Shown here one piece after another: positions 44,989 through 56,071 of a stretch of 64,000 bases of DNA (its first letter is position 1; every line of letters starts with the position of its first letter). Under the pieces are notes generated by a model. It searched no databases and had not been told where the DNA came from. It saw only the letters and a list, made by a program, of their open reading frames with translations. This DNA is from Candidatus Omnitrophota bacterium. GTDB lineage: Bacteria > Omnitrophota > Gorgyraeia > Gygaellales > Profunditerraquicolaceae. A program made the position numbers and the translations under genes. Location of the stretch: the NCBI GenBank assembly GCA_026387335.1, contig JAPLLX010000004.1, positions 189,485 to 253,484 of the forward strand, read 5' to 3'.

Positions 44989-46095
44989 CTAATATGCGGT
45001 TTTCTCTTCCAAAATATTAACCAAGCTGGGATTTTCAAGCAAACTATTGTAATGAAAGACTGTATAGCTGCCAGCACCGGCAGACCTGGCAATTTGGAGC
45101 TCATCTCTAAAAACTTTAGCTGCGTGCACCAATTTATAAGCTGGTAACCCGATATATACATTCTTAAAATCTCTTACCTTCTCTTTCGCCTCCTGAATGT
45201 TTTTGTTGAATTCCGCGGCATCTTTAGGATAGCTCATCAGCAGAACAAAATCAACCCGTCCCTCATTTACCCATACCGGCCAATTCTGATAGGCTTCATA
45301 ATACGCCCGGACAAATGGAACGCAGCCGGTTGAGCCTATCCGCATATCCGGGCGCATTGAGCGCACCTTATTCACAAGCAAAGTAAGCAACTCATCTACC
45401 TGCGTTCTTTTCCAATCATTCCAAATTGACAGGCTCTTACTGATATCCTTAACTCCTGTTGCCTTTTTAAAACGCTCAATGTTTGTTTTTGTATAACCAT
45501 AATCAGGGTCTTTATCCGGATAACGTATATAATCAAATAATATCCCGTCTAATCCGGGATAAGCGCTGATCAATTCTTGCGTTATAGAGCAAAGCTCCTG
45601 CCGAACGCGCGTATCTCCCGGCTCAAGAAAAAACTGATCATCTATTTTATAATCATCCAGGCTCTTCTTTTCTTTAAGATTCCTGGTTAAAACATCAACC
45701 CCATACTTCTGCAAAATAAATGCACTCTTATTATCGCTAAGGCTAAGCAGGTTAAGCCACGCGTATACCTTTATGCCTTTGCTGTGGGCTTGTTTAATGA
45801 GAAGATTGAGCGGGTCCTCCCGTAGTTTATCCAAACAGGCTGTATAAGGTTTGGAATCGGCAAACCTTGAATAAAACCAGGCTTTGTTGGCGCGATAAAC
45901 CTGGACAAAAAGAATTCTTGCCTCTACTTTACCGGATAAATCAACTAATTTTGATATTTCATCCCGGGTGGAAAGCGGACCGGGTTCCTGTAATTGAGCT
46001 ACTAAAATTGAAATCGGGGATGCTTCCTGGCAATGGGCGGGTAATTGAATAAAAGAGAGTACACACAGAACGCAGAAAATTATTCTCTTCTTCAT
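44989..46095 (-). CDS. YddW/UPF0748 family glycoside-hydrolase-like lipoprotein (GH10-like TIM barrel)
   Basis: ...GIKVYAWLNLLSL...ILFDYIRYPD..., characteristic of COG1649. Confidence 0.55.
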   Translation of the reverse strand: MKKRIIFCVLCVLSFIQLPAHCQEASPISILVAQLQEPGPLSTRDEISKLVDLSGKVEARILFVQVYRANKAWFYSRFADSKPYTACLDKLREDPLNLLIKQAHSKGIKVYAWLNLLSLSDNKSAFILQKYGVDVLTRNLKEKKSLDDYKIDDQFFLEPGDTRVRQELCSITQELISAYPGLDGILFDYIRYPDKDPDYGYTKTNIERFKKATGVKDISKSLSIWNDWKRTQVDELLTLLVNKVRSMRPDMRIGSTGCVPFVRAYYEAYQNWPVWVNEGRVDFVLLMSYPKDAAEFNKNIQEAKEKVRDFKNVYIGLPAYKLVHAAKVFRDELQIARSAGAGSYTVFHYNSLLENPSLVNILEEKTAY

Positions 46096-46127
46096 AAATA
46101 AACTGCCGGCTTTGGACGATTAGAGAA

Positions 46128-46874
46128 TTATCTACCAGTAACGTTGAGCAATTTTGTTTTCTTTTTTAAGATATAAAATGTTAAATATATACCTAAACTT
46201 ATAATAAAGAATATTATCCAAGAACTATTTACCGTAAATCTTTTTTTGGTTAAGAAATTAGTTGAAATTTCTAAGAAAAAGAACGTTGTCACAATGGAAA
46301 AATAGGTAGAAAACTCTCTCCTAAGAACGGTTTTGAATGAAAACCCTAACTCCGGTTTTTTCCAATTTTTAAAACAAGGAATTACGATAGGCGTTTTTGC
46401 AGCCCATTGCAAGAACTGATCTTTAAATTTACTTCTTAAAAATTCTTCTTCGGTAAAAATAATCCGTTCATAATAGAGCCAAAATCCAAACCAAACTAAT
46501 AAAGCTAACCACCATACTTGAATAAATAAGGTAATGCCTAAAACAATGATAAAATTACCCAAGTAAAGCGGATTCCTCGAGATAGAATACATGCCGGTTG
46601 TATTAAGCATTTCTGCTACTTGCGACTTTGTATTTCTCCCTGATGTACCACGGGGAGCATACCCTGCAGTAATACAACGGACAATAAGGCCTAAAAATGA
46701 TACTATAATTGCACAAGCCCCCCAAGAATCACCTACAGCATCGCCAAATCTTCTTTCCAGCGCTCCTGACTGTCTTAAAGCAATAATAAAAATCGGAATG
46801 CCTAAAAGCGGCAAATAACTTCTCCACCTAAAAAGCCAACTACCTTGTTTTTCCATATCTTCTCGTAGCGCCAT
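46128..46874 (-). CDS. Membrane methyltransferase (isoprenylcysteine carboxyl methyltransferase / phospholipid MT family)
   Basis: ...SISRNPLYLGNFIIVLGITLF..., multi-TM. Confidence 0.5.
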   Translation of the reverse strand: MALREDMEKQGSWLFRWRSYLPLLGIPIFIIALRQSGALERRFGDAVGDSWGACAIIVSFLGLIVRCITAGYAPRGTSGRNTKSQVAEMLNTTGMYSISRNPLYLGNFIIVLGITLFIQVWWLALLVWFGFWLYYERIIFTEEEFLRSKFKDQFLQWAAKTPIVIPCFKNWKKPELGFSFKTVLRREFSTYFSIVTTFFFLEISTNFLTKKRFTVNSSWIIFFIISLGIYLTFYILKKKTKLLNVTGR

Positions 46875-46927
46875 TTTTGCTTTTTAATTCTCCTTATCTT
46901 ATAAAATCAACTGATTTATAAAAATAA

Positions 46928-46999
46928 CTGCCCCGCATGGAATCGAACCATGATAGTCAGATCCAGAATCTGAAGTCCTACCGATTAGACGACAGGGCA
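46928..46999 (-). tRNA. tRNA-Gln (anticodon CUG)
   Basis: Minus-strand read TGCCCTGTCGTCTAATCGGTAGGACTTCAGATTCTGGATCTGACTATCATGGTTCGATTCCATGCGGGGCAG. U1-A72; anticodon loop uuCUGga. Confidence 0.7.
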
Positions 47000-47085
47000 A
47001 ATGATTCCCAGGAATGGATTAGCCGGGAGTAAACCCGGCTTTAATTAATTGAGGAAGAACCGACGTTAATTTATTCTTTTAGGGG

Positions 47086-47250
47086 CTACCAAAGATTATC
47101 CTTGAACCAGCCATCGGATTTCTTTAGCCACGCCCAATCTTCTTTAGCTCCCTCTTTCATCCCTTGAGCGCCTTTATACAATGTCCCGCAGCCGCTGCTC
47201 AAGAAAACAAAAACTAGAAGAACAGCCGACAAAAATGCTTTTTTAAGCAT
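47086..47250 (-). CDS. Small putative lipoprotein (54 aa), MLKKAFLSAVLLVFVFLSSGCGTLYKGAQGMKEGAKEDWAWLKKSDGWFKDNLW
   Basis: Unlisted. Lipobox LSSGC. ATGCTTAA overlap with the gltX stop; GGAGG 6 nt upstream. Confidence 0.4.
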   Translation of the reverse strand: MLKKAFLSAVLLVFVFLSSGCGTLYKGAQGMKEGAKEDWAWLKKSDGWFKDNLW

Positions 47251-48553
47251 TGCTTCCTCCATTTATCCAACGGCCTAATCTCTTCTGGGTGAGTTCTTTC
47301 CCTAAATAATATATCACTTCAAAGAGCCCCGGGCCTATGGTCTTTCCGGTAAGGGCCACCCTTATCGGGTGAATTAACGCTTTAGACTCAATATTCAATT
47401 CCTTAACTACTTCCCGGAATCCTGCTTCTATGTTAAGAATATCAAATTTTTCCAATTTATCAAGCTTTTCTATAAAAAGCCGGAATTCCCGCGACAGATC
47501 ACCACCCAAAAACTTCTTCTCTGCTTCTTCTTCAATTTTAAGTTCCTTAACAAAGAAAAAATCCGCCCAATCGCAAAAATCGTTTAGCGTGGTCAGGCGC
47601 GGCTGGAATAGCTTTACTAAAGAAACCAGGTAATCCCTGTCAAAACCATCCGCACTGATATAATTTTTCTCAATAAGCAAGGGGATCAATACATCCGTAA
47701 GTTTTTCGGAATCCCCGTTTTTAAGATACTGATTGTTCATCCAGTTAAGTTTCTTCAGGTCAAATGTAGCCGAGGTTTTATTTACCTGCGTAACATCAAA
47801 TAATTTTAGCGCTTGGTTAATATCAATAAGTTCAACATTGCCTCCCGGAGCCCAGCTTAAGAGCAACAGATAGTTTACTAATGCCGAAGCCAGATAACCC
47901 ATTTTACGGTAATCGCTTATAGCGGTAGCCCCGGTCCTCTTAGAAAGCCTACCCCCTTCCATCCCCATAATCAAGGGCAGATGCGCAAACTTAGGGACAC
48001 TAAAACCCAACGCCTCATATAAAAGCGCCTGCTTAGGCGTATTGGATATATGGTCATCTCCTCTTATCACATGGGTGATCTTCATATCCGCGTCATCAAC
48101 CACGCAGGCAAAATTATAAGTCGGCGTTCCGTCGGATTTTATTAAAACCTGGTCCTTAATCACGGCGGTGTCAAATTCAATCTCGCCGCGGATTAAATCC
48201 TGGATTTTGATTTTTTGCGGCGGGACCTTAAAGATTATTGCTTCTCGGGGTTTATCTATTGCCTTTTCCTTATAAGCTTTACCTTCTTTAAGCAATTTTT
48301 GAGCGTATTCATTATAAATATCCAACCTCTTGCTCTGATAATAAATCTCATCCCAATTAAAACCCAGCCAGCTCAAGCTGTTTAAAATCTCATCCACGAA
48401 TTCCTGTTTTGAGCGGGCGCTATCCGTATCTTCTATCCTTAAAATAAATTTTCCGGACTTGGCCCGGGCATAAAGCCAATTGAATAAAGCTGTGCGCGCT
48501 CCGCCGATATGCAGATTCCCGGTCGGGCTAGGAGCAAATCTGACTCTAACCAT
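47243..48553 (-). CDS. gltX: Glutamyl-tRNA synthetase
   Basis: HIGH motif (PSPTGNLHIGGARTALFNW) and the KMSKS motif in its RLSKR form. Confidence 0.9.
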   Translation of the reverse strand: MVRVRFAPSPTGNLHIGGARTALFNWLYARAKSGKFILRIEDTDSARSKQEFVDEILNSLSWLGFNWDEIYYQSKRLDIYNEYAQKLLKEGKAYKEKAIDKPREAIIFKVPPQKIKIQDLIRGEIEFDTAVIKDQVLIKSDGTPTYNFACVVDDADMKITHVIRGDDHISNTPKQALLYEALGFSVPKFAHLPLIMGMEGGRLSKRTGATAISDYRKMGYLASALVNYLLLLSWAPGGNVELIDINQALKLFDVTQVNKTSATFDLKKLNWMNNQYLKNGDSEKLTDVLIPLLIEKNYISADGFDRDYLVSLVKLFQPRLTTLNDFCDWADFFFVKELKIEEEAEKKFLGGDLSREFRLFIEKLDKLEKFDILNIEAGFREVVKELNIESKALIHPIRVALTGKTIGPGLFEVIYYLGKELTQKRLGRWINGGSNA

Positions 48554-48555
48554 TT

Positions 48556-49083
48556 TTATAATTCCCGACCTTTCTTTAGGGCTTCAATGTTCACTTTAAG
48601 TAATTCAGGTTTGTCTTTAGGCGCCATTTTCTTCATAACCCTTAATATATTTTCCTTAGAAACGGTTTTTTTCATAGCCAGGTAGCTGCCTAAAGCTATC
48701 ATATTCGCTACTTTAATATTGCCTAAATCTATTGCTATATCCGTGAATTTTCCCGCCACAGTTTTAGCTTTAATATTATTATCCGGTTTTGTAAGAGAAC
48801 TGTTAACCAGCATAAGCCCGGTATTTTTCAGGCGGTCTTTGAACTTATCCAGCGACATTTGGTTCATCGCGATCAGGGTATCGGCTTTATGGATATGCGG
48901 AGAGCCGATTTCATCGTCTGATATCGTTACCATGCAATGCGCAGCTCCCCCTCGGACCTCCGGCCCGTAAGCAGGAAGCCAGGTGACAAATTTATTCTCC
49001 AGCAGCGCGCCTTCAGCCAAAACCTTTCCCAGTAGCATTATGCCCTGCCCGCCGCTGCCAGCTATGATAACCCGCTCGGTCAT
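48556..49083 (-). CDS. porG: 2-oxoacid:ferredoxin oxidoreductase, gamma subunit
   Basis: Family similarity from the track translation; operon position after the alpha and beta subunits. Confidence 0.75.
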   Translation of the reverse strand: MTERVIIAGSGGQGIMLLGKVLAEGALLENKFVTWLPAYGPEVRGGAAHCMVTISDDEIGSPHIHKADTLIAMNQMSLDKFKDRLKNTGLMLVNSSLTKPDNNIKAKTVAGKFTDIAIDLGNIKVANMIALGSYLAMKKTVSKENILRVMKKMAPKDKPELLKVNIEALKKGREL

Positions 49084-49808
49084 TTAATTACTCCTAGAGG
49101 AAATTCTTTGGCCATAGTGTTTTGAATCCAATCCAGCGACTCTTTAGGGGATAAGCCCCAATAAGTCGGGCAAGGAGAAAGCATTTCAACTAAGGAAAAA
49201 CCGACTCCTTCCATCTGATTTACCAACGCCTTCTTTATTGCCTTTTTCGCTTTTATAATATCCGGCGCGGAACCCAGCGAAACGCGCTCTATATATTTAA
49301 CTCCGGGTAGCAAAGCTAACATCTCGGAAATCTTTAAAGGGTAACCTTGAGATTGCGCGCATCTTCCGGAAGGAGTAGTGGAGGTTTTTTGGTTTAATAA
49401 AGTTGTGGGGGCCATCTGGCCGCCGGTCATCCCGTAAACAGCGTTATTGATGAAGAAAACCGTGAGATTTTCTCCGCGGTTAGCCGCATGGATTGTTTCG
49501 TTAGTCCCGATAGCCGCTAAATCCCCATCGCCCTGATAAGTAAAAACAATATTTTGCGGCCTGACTCTTTTTATCGCGGTTGCGACTGCCAGTGCCCGGC
49601 CATGCGCGGCTTCCGAACAATCAAAATCCCAATAGTCGTAGGCGATTACCGCGCAGCCAACCGGAGCCACCGCGATGACCCGCTCTCTTATTTTTAATTC
49701 ATCTACTACTTCAGCGATAAGCCTGTGGGCCAGGCCATGGCCGCAACCCGGGCAATAGTGCGTAGAGACATCTCTTAATGATTGAGGATGCGAATATATT
49801 TTATCCAT
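49080..49808 (-). CDS. porB: 2-oxoacid:ferredoxin oxidoreductase, beta (TPP-binding) subunit
   Basis: ...[11 protein letters not shown]...[14 protein letters not shown]... TPP motif. Confidence 0.8.
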   Translation of the reverse strand: MDKIYSHPQSLRDVSTHYCPGCGHGLAHRLIAEVVDELKIRERVIAVAPVGCAVIAYDYWDFDCSEAAHGRALAVATAIKRVRPQNIVFTYQGDGDLAAIGTNETIHAANRGENLTVFFINNAVYGMTGGQMAPTTLLNQKTSTTPSGRCAQSQGYPLKISEMLALLPGVKYIERVSLGSAPDIIKAKKAIKKALVNQMEGVGFSLVEMLSPCPTYWGLSPKESLDWIQNTMAKEFPLGVIK

Positions 49809-50859
49809 TGTATATTTTATTTACCTTCAAGATTATCTCTTCTTCCGAAGGCACTCCTCCACCGGAACGGCCTAAAAAATCAACCTTCGCCCTGCCGCCA
49901 AGAGTCAACTGCACATCTTCCAGCATCTGGCCGTAAGACATTTCAATTACCAGGTATTTATTTTTTGGCCTGGCGAACGCTTTTTTCGGAAACGGCCAAA
50001 GCGAAATCGGACGGATCAATCCAACGCGCTTACCCTTACCTCTTAAGACTTTTAGCGCAGCCCGGGCAATCCGGCTCATGCTTCCGTAAGCGACTAAAAC
50101 AACCTTGGCGTCATCTAAAAATAATTCTTCCCAGCGCTGCTCTTTCGCGGCTATCTCTTTATATTTTTTCTGTAATTTAAGGTTTAACTTTTCTAAATCT
50201 CCTTCTCCTAAATAAAATGATTTTACAACATTGGCTTTTCTTCCTTTACAGCCGGTCAGGGCCCAGGGCTTGGCTTTAAGCTTAGGGCCTTGAGTTGTAA
50301 GTTTAAGAGGTTCCATCATTTGCCCAAGCATTCCATCCCCGAGGATTATAGCCGGCGCGCGGTATTTATCCGCCAGATTAAACGCCAGGTAAGTTAAATC
50401 ATAACTCTCCTGCACGCTGGAAGGCGCCAAAACTATACAGTGATAATCGCCGTGGCCTCCTGAACGCGTGGCCTGAAAATAATCCGCCTGGGAAGGAGCA
50501 ATATTCCCTAATCCCGGGCCGCCGCGCATAACATTTACAATGACTGCCGGTAACTCTGCTCCGGCTATATAAGAGATCCCTTCCTGTTTCAGGCTTATCC
50601 CGGGACTGGAAGAGGAAGTCATTGCCCGGGCTCCCGCAGCCGAAGCTCCGAAGACCATATTTATCGCGGCCACCTCTGCTTCTGCCTGGATAAATACTCC
50701 GCCTCTTTTTTCCATATTATTAGCCATGTAAGCCGTGAGTTCGTTTTGCGGAGTAATCGGATATCCGGCGTAAAAAGAACATCCTGCCTGGATTGCTCCT
50801 TCAGCAATGGCGTCATTCCCGCTCATTAATATTTTTGGCATTTTATTTATACACCTCAA
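49801..50859 (-). CDS. porA: 2-oxoacid:ferredoxin oxidoreductase, alpha subunit
   Basis: [34 protein letters not shown]... Confidence 0.8.
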   Translation of the reverse strand: MRCINKMPKILMSGNDAIAEGAIQAGCSFYAGYPITPQNELTAYMANNMEKRGGVFIQAEAEVAAINMVFGASAAGARAMTSSSSPGISLKQEGISYIAGAELPAVIVNVMRGGPGLGNIAPSQADYFQATRSGGHGDYHCIVLAPSSVQESYDLTYLAFNLADKYRAPAIILGDGMLGQMMEPLKLTTQGPKLKAKPWALTGCKGRKANVVKSFYLGEGDLEKLNLKLQKKYKEIAAKEQRWEELFLDDAKVVLVAYGSMSRIARAALKVLRGKGKRVGLIRPISLWPFPKKAFARPKNKYLVIEMSYGQMLEDVQLTLGGRAKVDFLGRSGGGVPSEEEIILKVNKIYNG

Positions 50860-51046
50860 TACAGCAATCCGGACAAATCAGGGCGCACAGCGCGCAGCCT
50901 ACGCATTTACCTTCGGATTTAAATTTCACCGGTTTTATCCCGCGTAAATTAAGCTCTTCGTTAATAACGATTGCCCCTTGCGGGCAAACGCTAACGCATA
51001 AAAGGCAACCTTTACATTTATCTTTATCAATGGTTATCTTGGGCAT
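50843..51046 (-). CDS. porD: 2-oxoacid:ferredoxin oxidoreductase, delta subunit (2x[4Fe-4S] ferredoxin)
   Basis: Two CxxCxxCxxxCP motifs. Confidence 0.8.
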   Translation of the reverse strand: MPKITIDKDKCKGCLLCVSVCPQGAIVINEELNLRGIKPVKFKSEGKCVGCALCALICPDCCIEVYK

Positions 51047-52890
51047 ACTATTCCTTTAATCTTATCCGCAATTCTGGCCGCGGTCAATCCGTATTTTTCC
51101 AGTAATAGATCTCTCTTCCCGTGGCTGATAAAACTGCACGGTAACCCAATTTTTACTACCGGCTTGCCTAACGCATCTTCGACCGAGCTTCCAAAACCGC
51201 CAGCAGTAATTCCTTCTTCAAGCGTAAAAATATGTTTTTGCTTCGCGCATATCTCCAGGAATAATTCCCTATCTAAAGGCTTGGCAAAGCGGCTGTTTAT
51301 TATCGTCCCGGATAAACCCTCTTTTTTAAGCAACTCCAGCGCTTCCCAGGCAGGCGCGACCATGCTTCCTAAAGATAAAATAATAAAATCTTTTCCCTGC
51401 GCTAAAATCTCGGATTTGCCCAATTCAATTTTCTGGATCTTATTCCCCAAATTCTCTGCCTTGCCCTTAGGATATCTTATTGCCACAGGTTTATTTAACC
51501 CGAGGGAAAACTCCAGCATCATCTCCAGTTCTTGCGCATCCTTGGGGGCCATAATCACCAGGTTCGGGACCGTATTCAGGAAACTTATATCAAATATGCC
51601 CTGATGCGTCGCGCCATCCTCTCCGACGATCCCGGCGCGGTCAATGCAAAAGATGACCGGCAAGTTTTGTAAAGCCACGTCTTCGATGATCTGATCATAG
51701 GCTCTCTGTAAAAAAGTAGAATATACCGCGATCACCGGTTTGAAACCACCCCTGGCTAATCCGGCAGCAAAGCAGGTAGCGTGAGCCTCAGCAATGCCGC
51801 AATCAAAAAATCTGTCCGCAAAGACGTTACGAAATTTCTCCAGTCCTGTCCCTTCAGGCATCGCCGCGGTTATGGCAACAATCCGCTTGTCCTTAGCCGC
51901 TAATTCTACCAATTTATCGCCGAAGGTTTCGGTATAAGTCTTAGCTCCCGAAGATTTAGCTAAATCTCCTCCGGTCTGGATATCAAAAGGGCCCGTGCCG
52001 TGAAACCTTACCGGTTCATTCTCAGCCGCGAAATAACCTTTGCCTTTTTTAGTAACCACGTGCACAATCCGCGGTCCCTTCATGCCAATAATGTTTTTCA
52101 GGGCGGGAATTAACAGTTCAATATTGTGGCCGTCCAAAGGCCCAAAATAACGAAAACCCAATTCTTCAAATAAGACCCCCGGAATAAATAAACCCTTAAG
52201 CCCTTCTTCAAACTTATTTACCAGGTTAAATAGCCGGTTGGCGCGCGGGCCGCGCGAAGTAAGAAAATTTGCCAGGGATTCTTTAAAACGGTTATAGACA
52301 GGTAAGGATATTATTTTATTCAAATAGTTGCTTATGGCTCCGACATTGGGAGAAATACTTAACTCATTGGTATTTAAAATCACCAAAATGTCTCTCTTTA
52401 AGTGCCCGGCATTATTCAAACCTTCAAAACATAATCCCCCGCTTAAAGACCCGTCGCCGATTACCGCCACGACTTTAAAATGTTCAGATGAGGCCAGCTG
52501 GTCGCGGGCACAAGCCAACCCTAAAGCTAAAGATACCGCGCTGGAAGAGTGGCCTGTAGTAAAACAATCAAAAACTGATTCATCTTTGGACGGAAATCCG
52601 GAGAGGCCCTGGTATCTCCTAAGAGTCGAGAATTCTTTGTTTCTGCCGGTCAGTATTTTATGGGCGTAAGCCTGATGCCCGACATCAAAGATAATTTTAT
52701 CCGCAGGCAGGTTTAAACAGTAATGCAGGGCAATAATCAATTCTACCGCGCCCAGGCTTGAGGCAAGATGCCCGCCGTTAACCGCCACGACTTCGGTCAT
52801 CCTCTGCCTTACTTCTAGAGCAAGCTTCGGCAGTTCCTCTATTTTAAGCTTCTTTAAATCCTGCGGCGAATTAATCCCATCCAATAGCAT
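51034..52890 (-). CDS. dxs: 1-deoxy-D-xylulose-5-phosphate synthase
   Basis: ...GGHLASSLGAVELIIALHY...GDGSLSGG... transketolase-like TPP enzyme, 618 aa. Confidence 0.9.
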   Translation of the reverse strand: MLLDGINSPQDLKKLKIEELPKLALEVRQRMTEVVAVNGGHLASSLGAVELIIALHYCLNLPADKIIFDVGHQAYAHKILTGRNKEFSTLRRYQGLSGFPSKDESVFDCFTTGHSSSAVSLALGLACARDQLASSEHFKVVAVIGDGSLSGGLCFEGLNNAGHLKRDILVILNTNELSISPNVGAISNYLNKIISLPVYNRFKESLANFLTSRGPRANRLFNLVNKFEEGLKGLFIPGVLFEELGFRYFGPLDGHNIELLIPALKNIIGMKGPRIVHVVTKKGKGYFAAENEPVRFHGTGPFDIQTGGDLAKSSGAKTYTETFGDKLVELAAKDKRIVAITAAMPEGTGLEKFRNVFADRFFDCGIAEAHATCFAAGLARGGFKPVIAVYSTFLQRAYDQIIEDVALQNLPVIFCIDRAGIVGEDGATHQGIFDISFLNTVPNLVIMAPKDAQELEMMLEFSLGLNKPVAIRYPKGKAENLGNKIQKIELGKSEILAQGKDFIILSLGSMVAPAWEALELLKKEGLSGTIINSRFAKPLDRELFLEICAKQKHIFTLEEGITAGGFGSSVEDALGKPVVKIGLPCSFISHGKRDLLLEKYGLTAARIADKIKGIVCPR

Positions 52891-52892
52891 TG

Positions 52893-53135
52893 CTAATCTT
52901 TCCCTTCCGCGTTTTCTGCAAATTCTTTTAAAGAAAGCTTCCCGTCCTTTTTCATTAATGACTCTACTCTACGCTCTGCCTCTTGCAAGACCCGGGAGCA
53001 GCTTTCGGCGAGCTTAATCCCTTCCTCATATTTTTTAAGCGACTCTCCGAGGGTAAGCTTTCCCGCGGATAATTCTTCCACGATCTTTTGTAATTTTTTT
53101 ACGTCATCTTCAAACGGCTGTCTTTCTTTTGTCAT
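52893..53135 (-). CDS. xseB: Exodeoxyribonuclease VII small subunit
   Basis: 80 aa coiled-coil protein; overlaps the xseA stop. Confidence 0.7.
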   Translation of the reverse strand: MTKERQPFEDDVKKLQKIVEELSAGKLTLGESLKKYEEGIKLAESCSRVLQEAERRVESLMKKDGKLSLKEFAENAEGKD

Positions 53136-54336
53136 TTATGACCTCCTCGACTGAACTGATAAAACCGCCGGCGCCTAAAATTGTTTTAACCTTATCGCTT
53201 TTTTTAATCTGGGCCGCATTTTTAATCACCGAAGAATCGGTCATCAGCAGGCTTAAGCTGTAGCCGCGGGATAAAACCGCTAACGGGCTAAGCGCCTGTA
53301 ATCTCTGGATAAGCGAAGAGAACCTTTCGCGGGTAAGATTAACCAACTGGCGCATATTCTGGCTTAACCCCGAAGATAAATCGTCAAGCATCTGCGCCTT
53401 CTCCTGCAGCCGGTCAAGCGGACTCTTAAGCGCATGAGCTAAACCGGTGAGATTATTTTTAAGCGCGCTGATAAAATCTAGAAGAATAAAACCGGACTCT
53501 CTCTTCAGACTGCCAAGTTCAGCCAATAAAGCGGCTCTTTTATCCGCGATTATTTTAGCTGCTGCCGTGGGAGTCTCCACAAAGACATCCGCGACTAAAT
53601 CACAGAGGCTGGTATTGATCTGGTGGCCGACTGCTGAAATGATCGGAATCCGGGAATTATAGACTGCCCTGGCCACAATTTCTTCATTAAAAGACCAGAG
53701 ATCCTCGGTACTTCCGCCGCCGCGACTTACAATAATCAGGTCAACTTTATTAAATTGGTTGAGCTCTTCAATACCCAGAGCTATCTCTTGGGAAGCGCCT
53801 TCTCCCTGCACGCGCGCTGAACGGATCACTACATCCACGCAAGGAGCGCCTTTTTCCAGTATTCCCAGGATATCGCGCAATGCCGCTCCCGCGCTGGAAG
53901 TAACTATCCCTACCCTAAAAGGCATAAACGGTAGCTGGCGTTTATGAGCCGCGTCAAATAACCCTTCTTTAAGTAATTTTCCCTTTAACTGCTCAAAGGC
54001 CAGCGCTCGAGCGCCAATACCTTTGGGCTCCATCTTCTCAACGATCATTTGGTATTGCCCGCGCGGGCCGTAAACATCAATTTTACCGAAACAAATTACT
54101 TTAATCCCGTCCTCAAGCTTAAATTTTAATTCCCGGTTCGCCCGGACAAACATCGCGGCAGCCAAAACAGCGCTGCTATCTTTAAGCGAAAAATAAAAAT
54201 GCCCCGAAGTTGCCGCCTTAAAATTGGATACCTCTCCTTCGACCCAGACTCCGTTGCCAAAAGTATTCTCAAAGATTACCCCGATCTCTTGAGTTATCTG
54301 AGAAACGGTATAAATATGCTTAAGTTCTTGCGGCAT
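53110..54336 (-). CDS. xseA: Exodeoxyribonuclease VII large subunit
   Basis: N-terminal OB fold ...VWVEGEVSNFKAATSGHFYFSLKD... Confidence 0.85.
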   Translation of the reverse strand: MPQELKHIYTVSQITQEIGVIFENTFGNGVWVEGEVSNFKAATSGHFYFSLKDSSAVLAAAMFVRANRELKFKLEDGIKVICFGKIDVYGPRGQYQMIVEKMEPKGIGARALAFEQLKGKLLKEGLFDAAHKRQLPFMPFRVGIVTSSAGAALRDILGILEKGAPCVDVVIRSARVQGEGASQEIALGIEELNQFNKVDLIIVSRGGGSTEDLWSFNEEIVARAVYNSRIPIISAVGHQINTSLCDLVADVFVETPTAAAKIIADKRAALLAELGSLKRESGFILLDFISALKNNLTGLAHALKSPLDRLQEKAQMLDDLSSGLSQNMRQLVNLTRERFSSLIQRLQALSPLAVLSRGYSLSLLMTDSSVIKNAAQIKKSDKVKTILGAGGFISSVEEVINDKRKTAV

Positions 54337-56071
54337 CCGGCTCCTTAGGAGGTTCTTCCTTGGGTAAATCTGGTTTAGGCGGTTCCGGTTTCTTCTTTAA
54401 GATTATAAGGTTAACCGAATATGGGCTTAAAAGAAATTCTTCCTGATAAGACTCTTGAGCGGTTATTTCTTTTTCCGCGCTCGCCTTGAATTCGCAATTC
54501 AGGCTGCAGGTTGAATCCACCGCAAAAAGGCTGTAAAGATATTCCCCTTTTAAGTTCTTTAAGCTAATCTTTATTTTTCTCTTTTCCTGCTCCCAACGTT
54601 TAGCTTGAATACTGAGCTCCTGCGCATTCTTTAATAAAGACTTTACCCTGTTAGTGGTAGGCAACTTGCCCATCTCTTCAGGCTGCGCGATAATCTTAAA
54701 CAGCTCGTCAGAGCGGATAATGCCCAGCAAGAATTTTGTCTCCGCGGGAGTCAACCCGGCAATATTTTCTGAGAGGGAATTCCTTACTATCTCAGGGTCA
54801 ATGTAATTATAAATTAAAATGGTTATCTTGTCTTCGGATTTGCCCGCGATTACCCCTACAAATTCATCATTAAATTTAACCGGGAAGGTATCCGCGCCTA
54901 AACTTTTAAGCATCTTAAAAACATTATAGGCTGCTTTCGGGCCGCCCTTACCCTGGGCATGATTAGCGCCAAAATAAAAAACTCCGACATTGCGGGTCAC
55001 CCCTTCTTTATTATTCTGGAAATCCTCTAAACAAAAATATACCTGGTTATCTATCCCGGCTTCATACATATTTTTTATGCGGCTGGGTATGTAGCTGGCT
55101 GAAATGTAAGATTTATCTTTACGTTCCGGCAGAAGATTGGCGTGGCGATCGTAATTCCATTCATCAATAATCAGGGGCGTGTTTTTGTCAAAGCTAAAAT
55201 AGGACAACCAATCGCGCACTAAATCCACCGCGCTTTTGTTATAGACGGTCATCTCTTTCTCCGCCTTAGGATCAGTAGAGAAACCGTGCCAGGTTATAAA
55301 ATCCAGGCTTAAGCGGTTACGATAACAAAATTTGATTAACCCGTAAATAAGGCTGTCCTCGGGGGTAAGTAGGGTATTCCCCTCAATATTATGGAACCAC
55401 CAACTGGCGCCCGGTGCGCCAACGGGTAGGCGCACTTTATGCTGGGATTCCAGCTCTTTTGCGCTTTCGCTCACCGCGCGGTAAAGATTAAAATACTCCT
55501 GCTGGCCCCCTAAAAAGAAACCCTCTAAATCCGGGGCATTCCACACTTCATACCATATATTATATTTCTTATCGCAGCTTAGATCTTTCATTGTATTCTT
55601 GATCAGCTCTTTAAATGCCGGAATGTTCACCGGCGCGCTTTTTTTGTCTAAAATCTTACCCATTCCCGCGGGTGTGCCGAATATATTCAAAATCACCGTT
55701 CCGCCGGAATCACTGATGTTTTTAATCACGCTTTCGTAATTAGCCAGGATTTTTTCTTTGGCCCCTTTCTCTTTTTCCAACTGAGTAATATCCCAAAGGT
55801 TAAACTGGAGGCGGTAAAAACCGTCAAAGCCAATATCTTTTTTCCAGGTTTCCAGGGTTTCTCTAGAAGCCAGGGCTTGGGGCCAGGCGCTTTCGTGGTG
55901 AAAACCCCGGCCGCTTAAATCCAGGTTGGGTTTAAAGATCTTAGGGGTAGGAATGGTGTTGGAAGCGACATCCAATGTAAATTCTAAATCGTCGGTTTGC
56001 TGGCAGGAGCCGCGATCGGCTAATGCGCATACGCTTAAACCCAGAACTACGGCTAAAATAAATTTATTCAT
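54320..56071 (-). CDS. Secreted glycoside-hydrolase-like protein (GH5/GH39-type TIM barrel)
   Basis: Signal peptide; ...YNIWYEVWNAPDLEGFF..., reminiscent of the GH clan-A W-E-V-W-N-E-P acid/base motif. Confidence 0.5.
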   Translation of the reverse strand: MNKFILAVVLGLSVCALADRGSCQQTDDLEFTLDVASNTIPTPKIFKPNLDLSGRGFHHESAWPQALASRETLETWKKDIGFDGFYRLQFNLWDITQLEKEKGAKEKILANYESVIKNISDSGGTVILNIFGTPAGMGKILDKKSAPVNIPAFKELIKNTMKDLSCDKKYNIWYEVWNAPDLEGFFLGGQQEYFNLYRAVSESAKELESQHKVRLPVGAPGASWWFHNIEGNTLLTPEDSLIYGLIKFCYRNRLSLDFITWHGFSTDPKAEKEMTVYNKSAVDLVRDWLSYFSFDKNTPLIIDEWNYDRHANLLPERKDKSYISASYIPSRIKNMYEAGIDNQVYFCLEDFQNNKEGVTRNVGVFYFGANHAQGKGGPKAAYNVFKMLKSLGADTFPVKFNDEFVGVIAGKSEDKITILIYNYIDPEIVRNSLSENIAGLTPAETKFLLGIIRSDELFKIIAQPEEMGKLPTTNRVKSLLKNAQELSIQAKRWEQEKRKIKISLKNLKGEYLYSLFAVDSTCSLNCEFKASAEKEITAQESYQEEFLLSPYSVNLIILKKKPEPPKPDLPKEEPPKEPDAART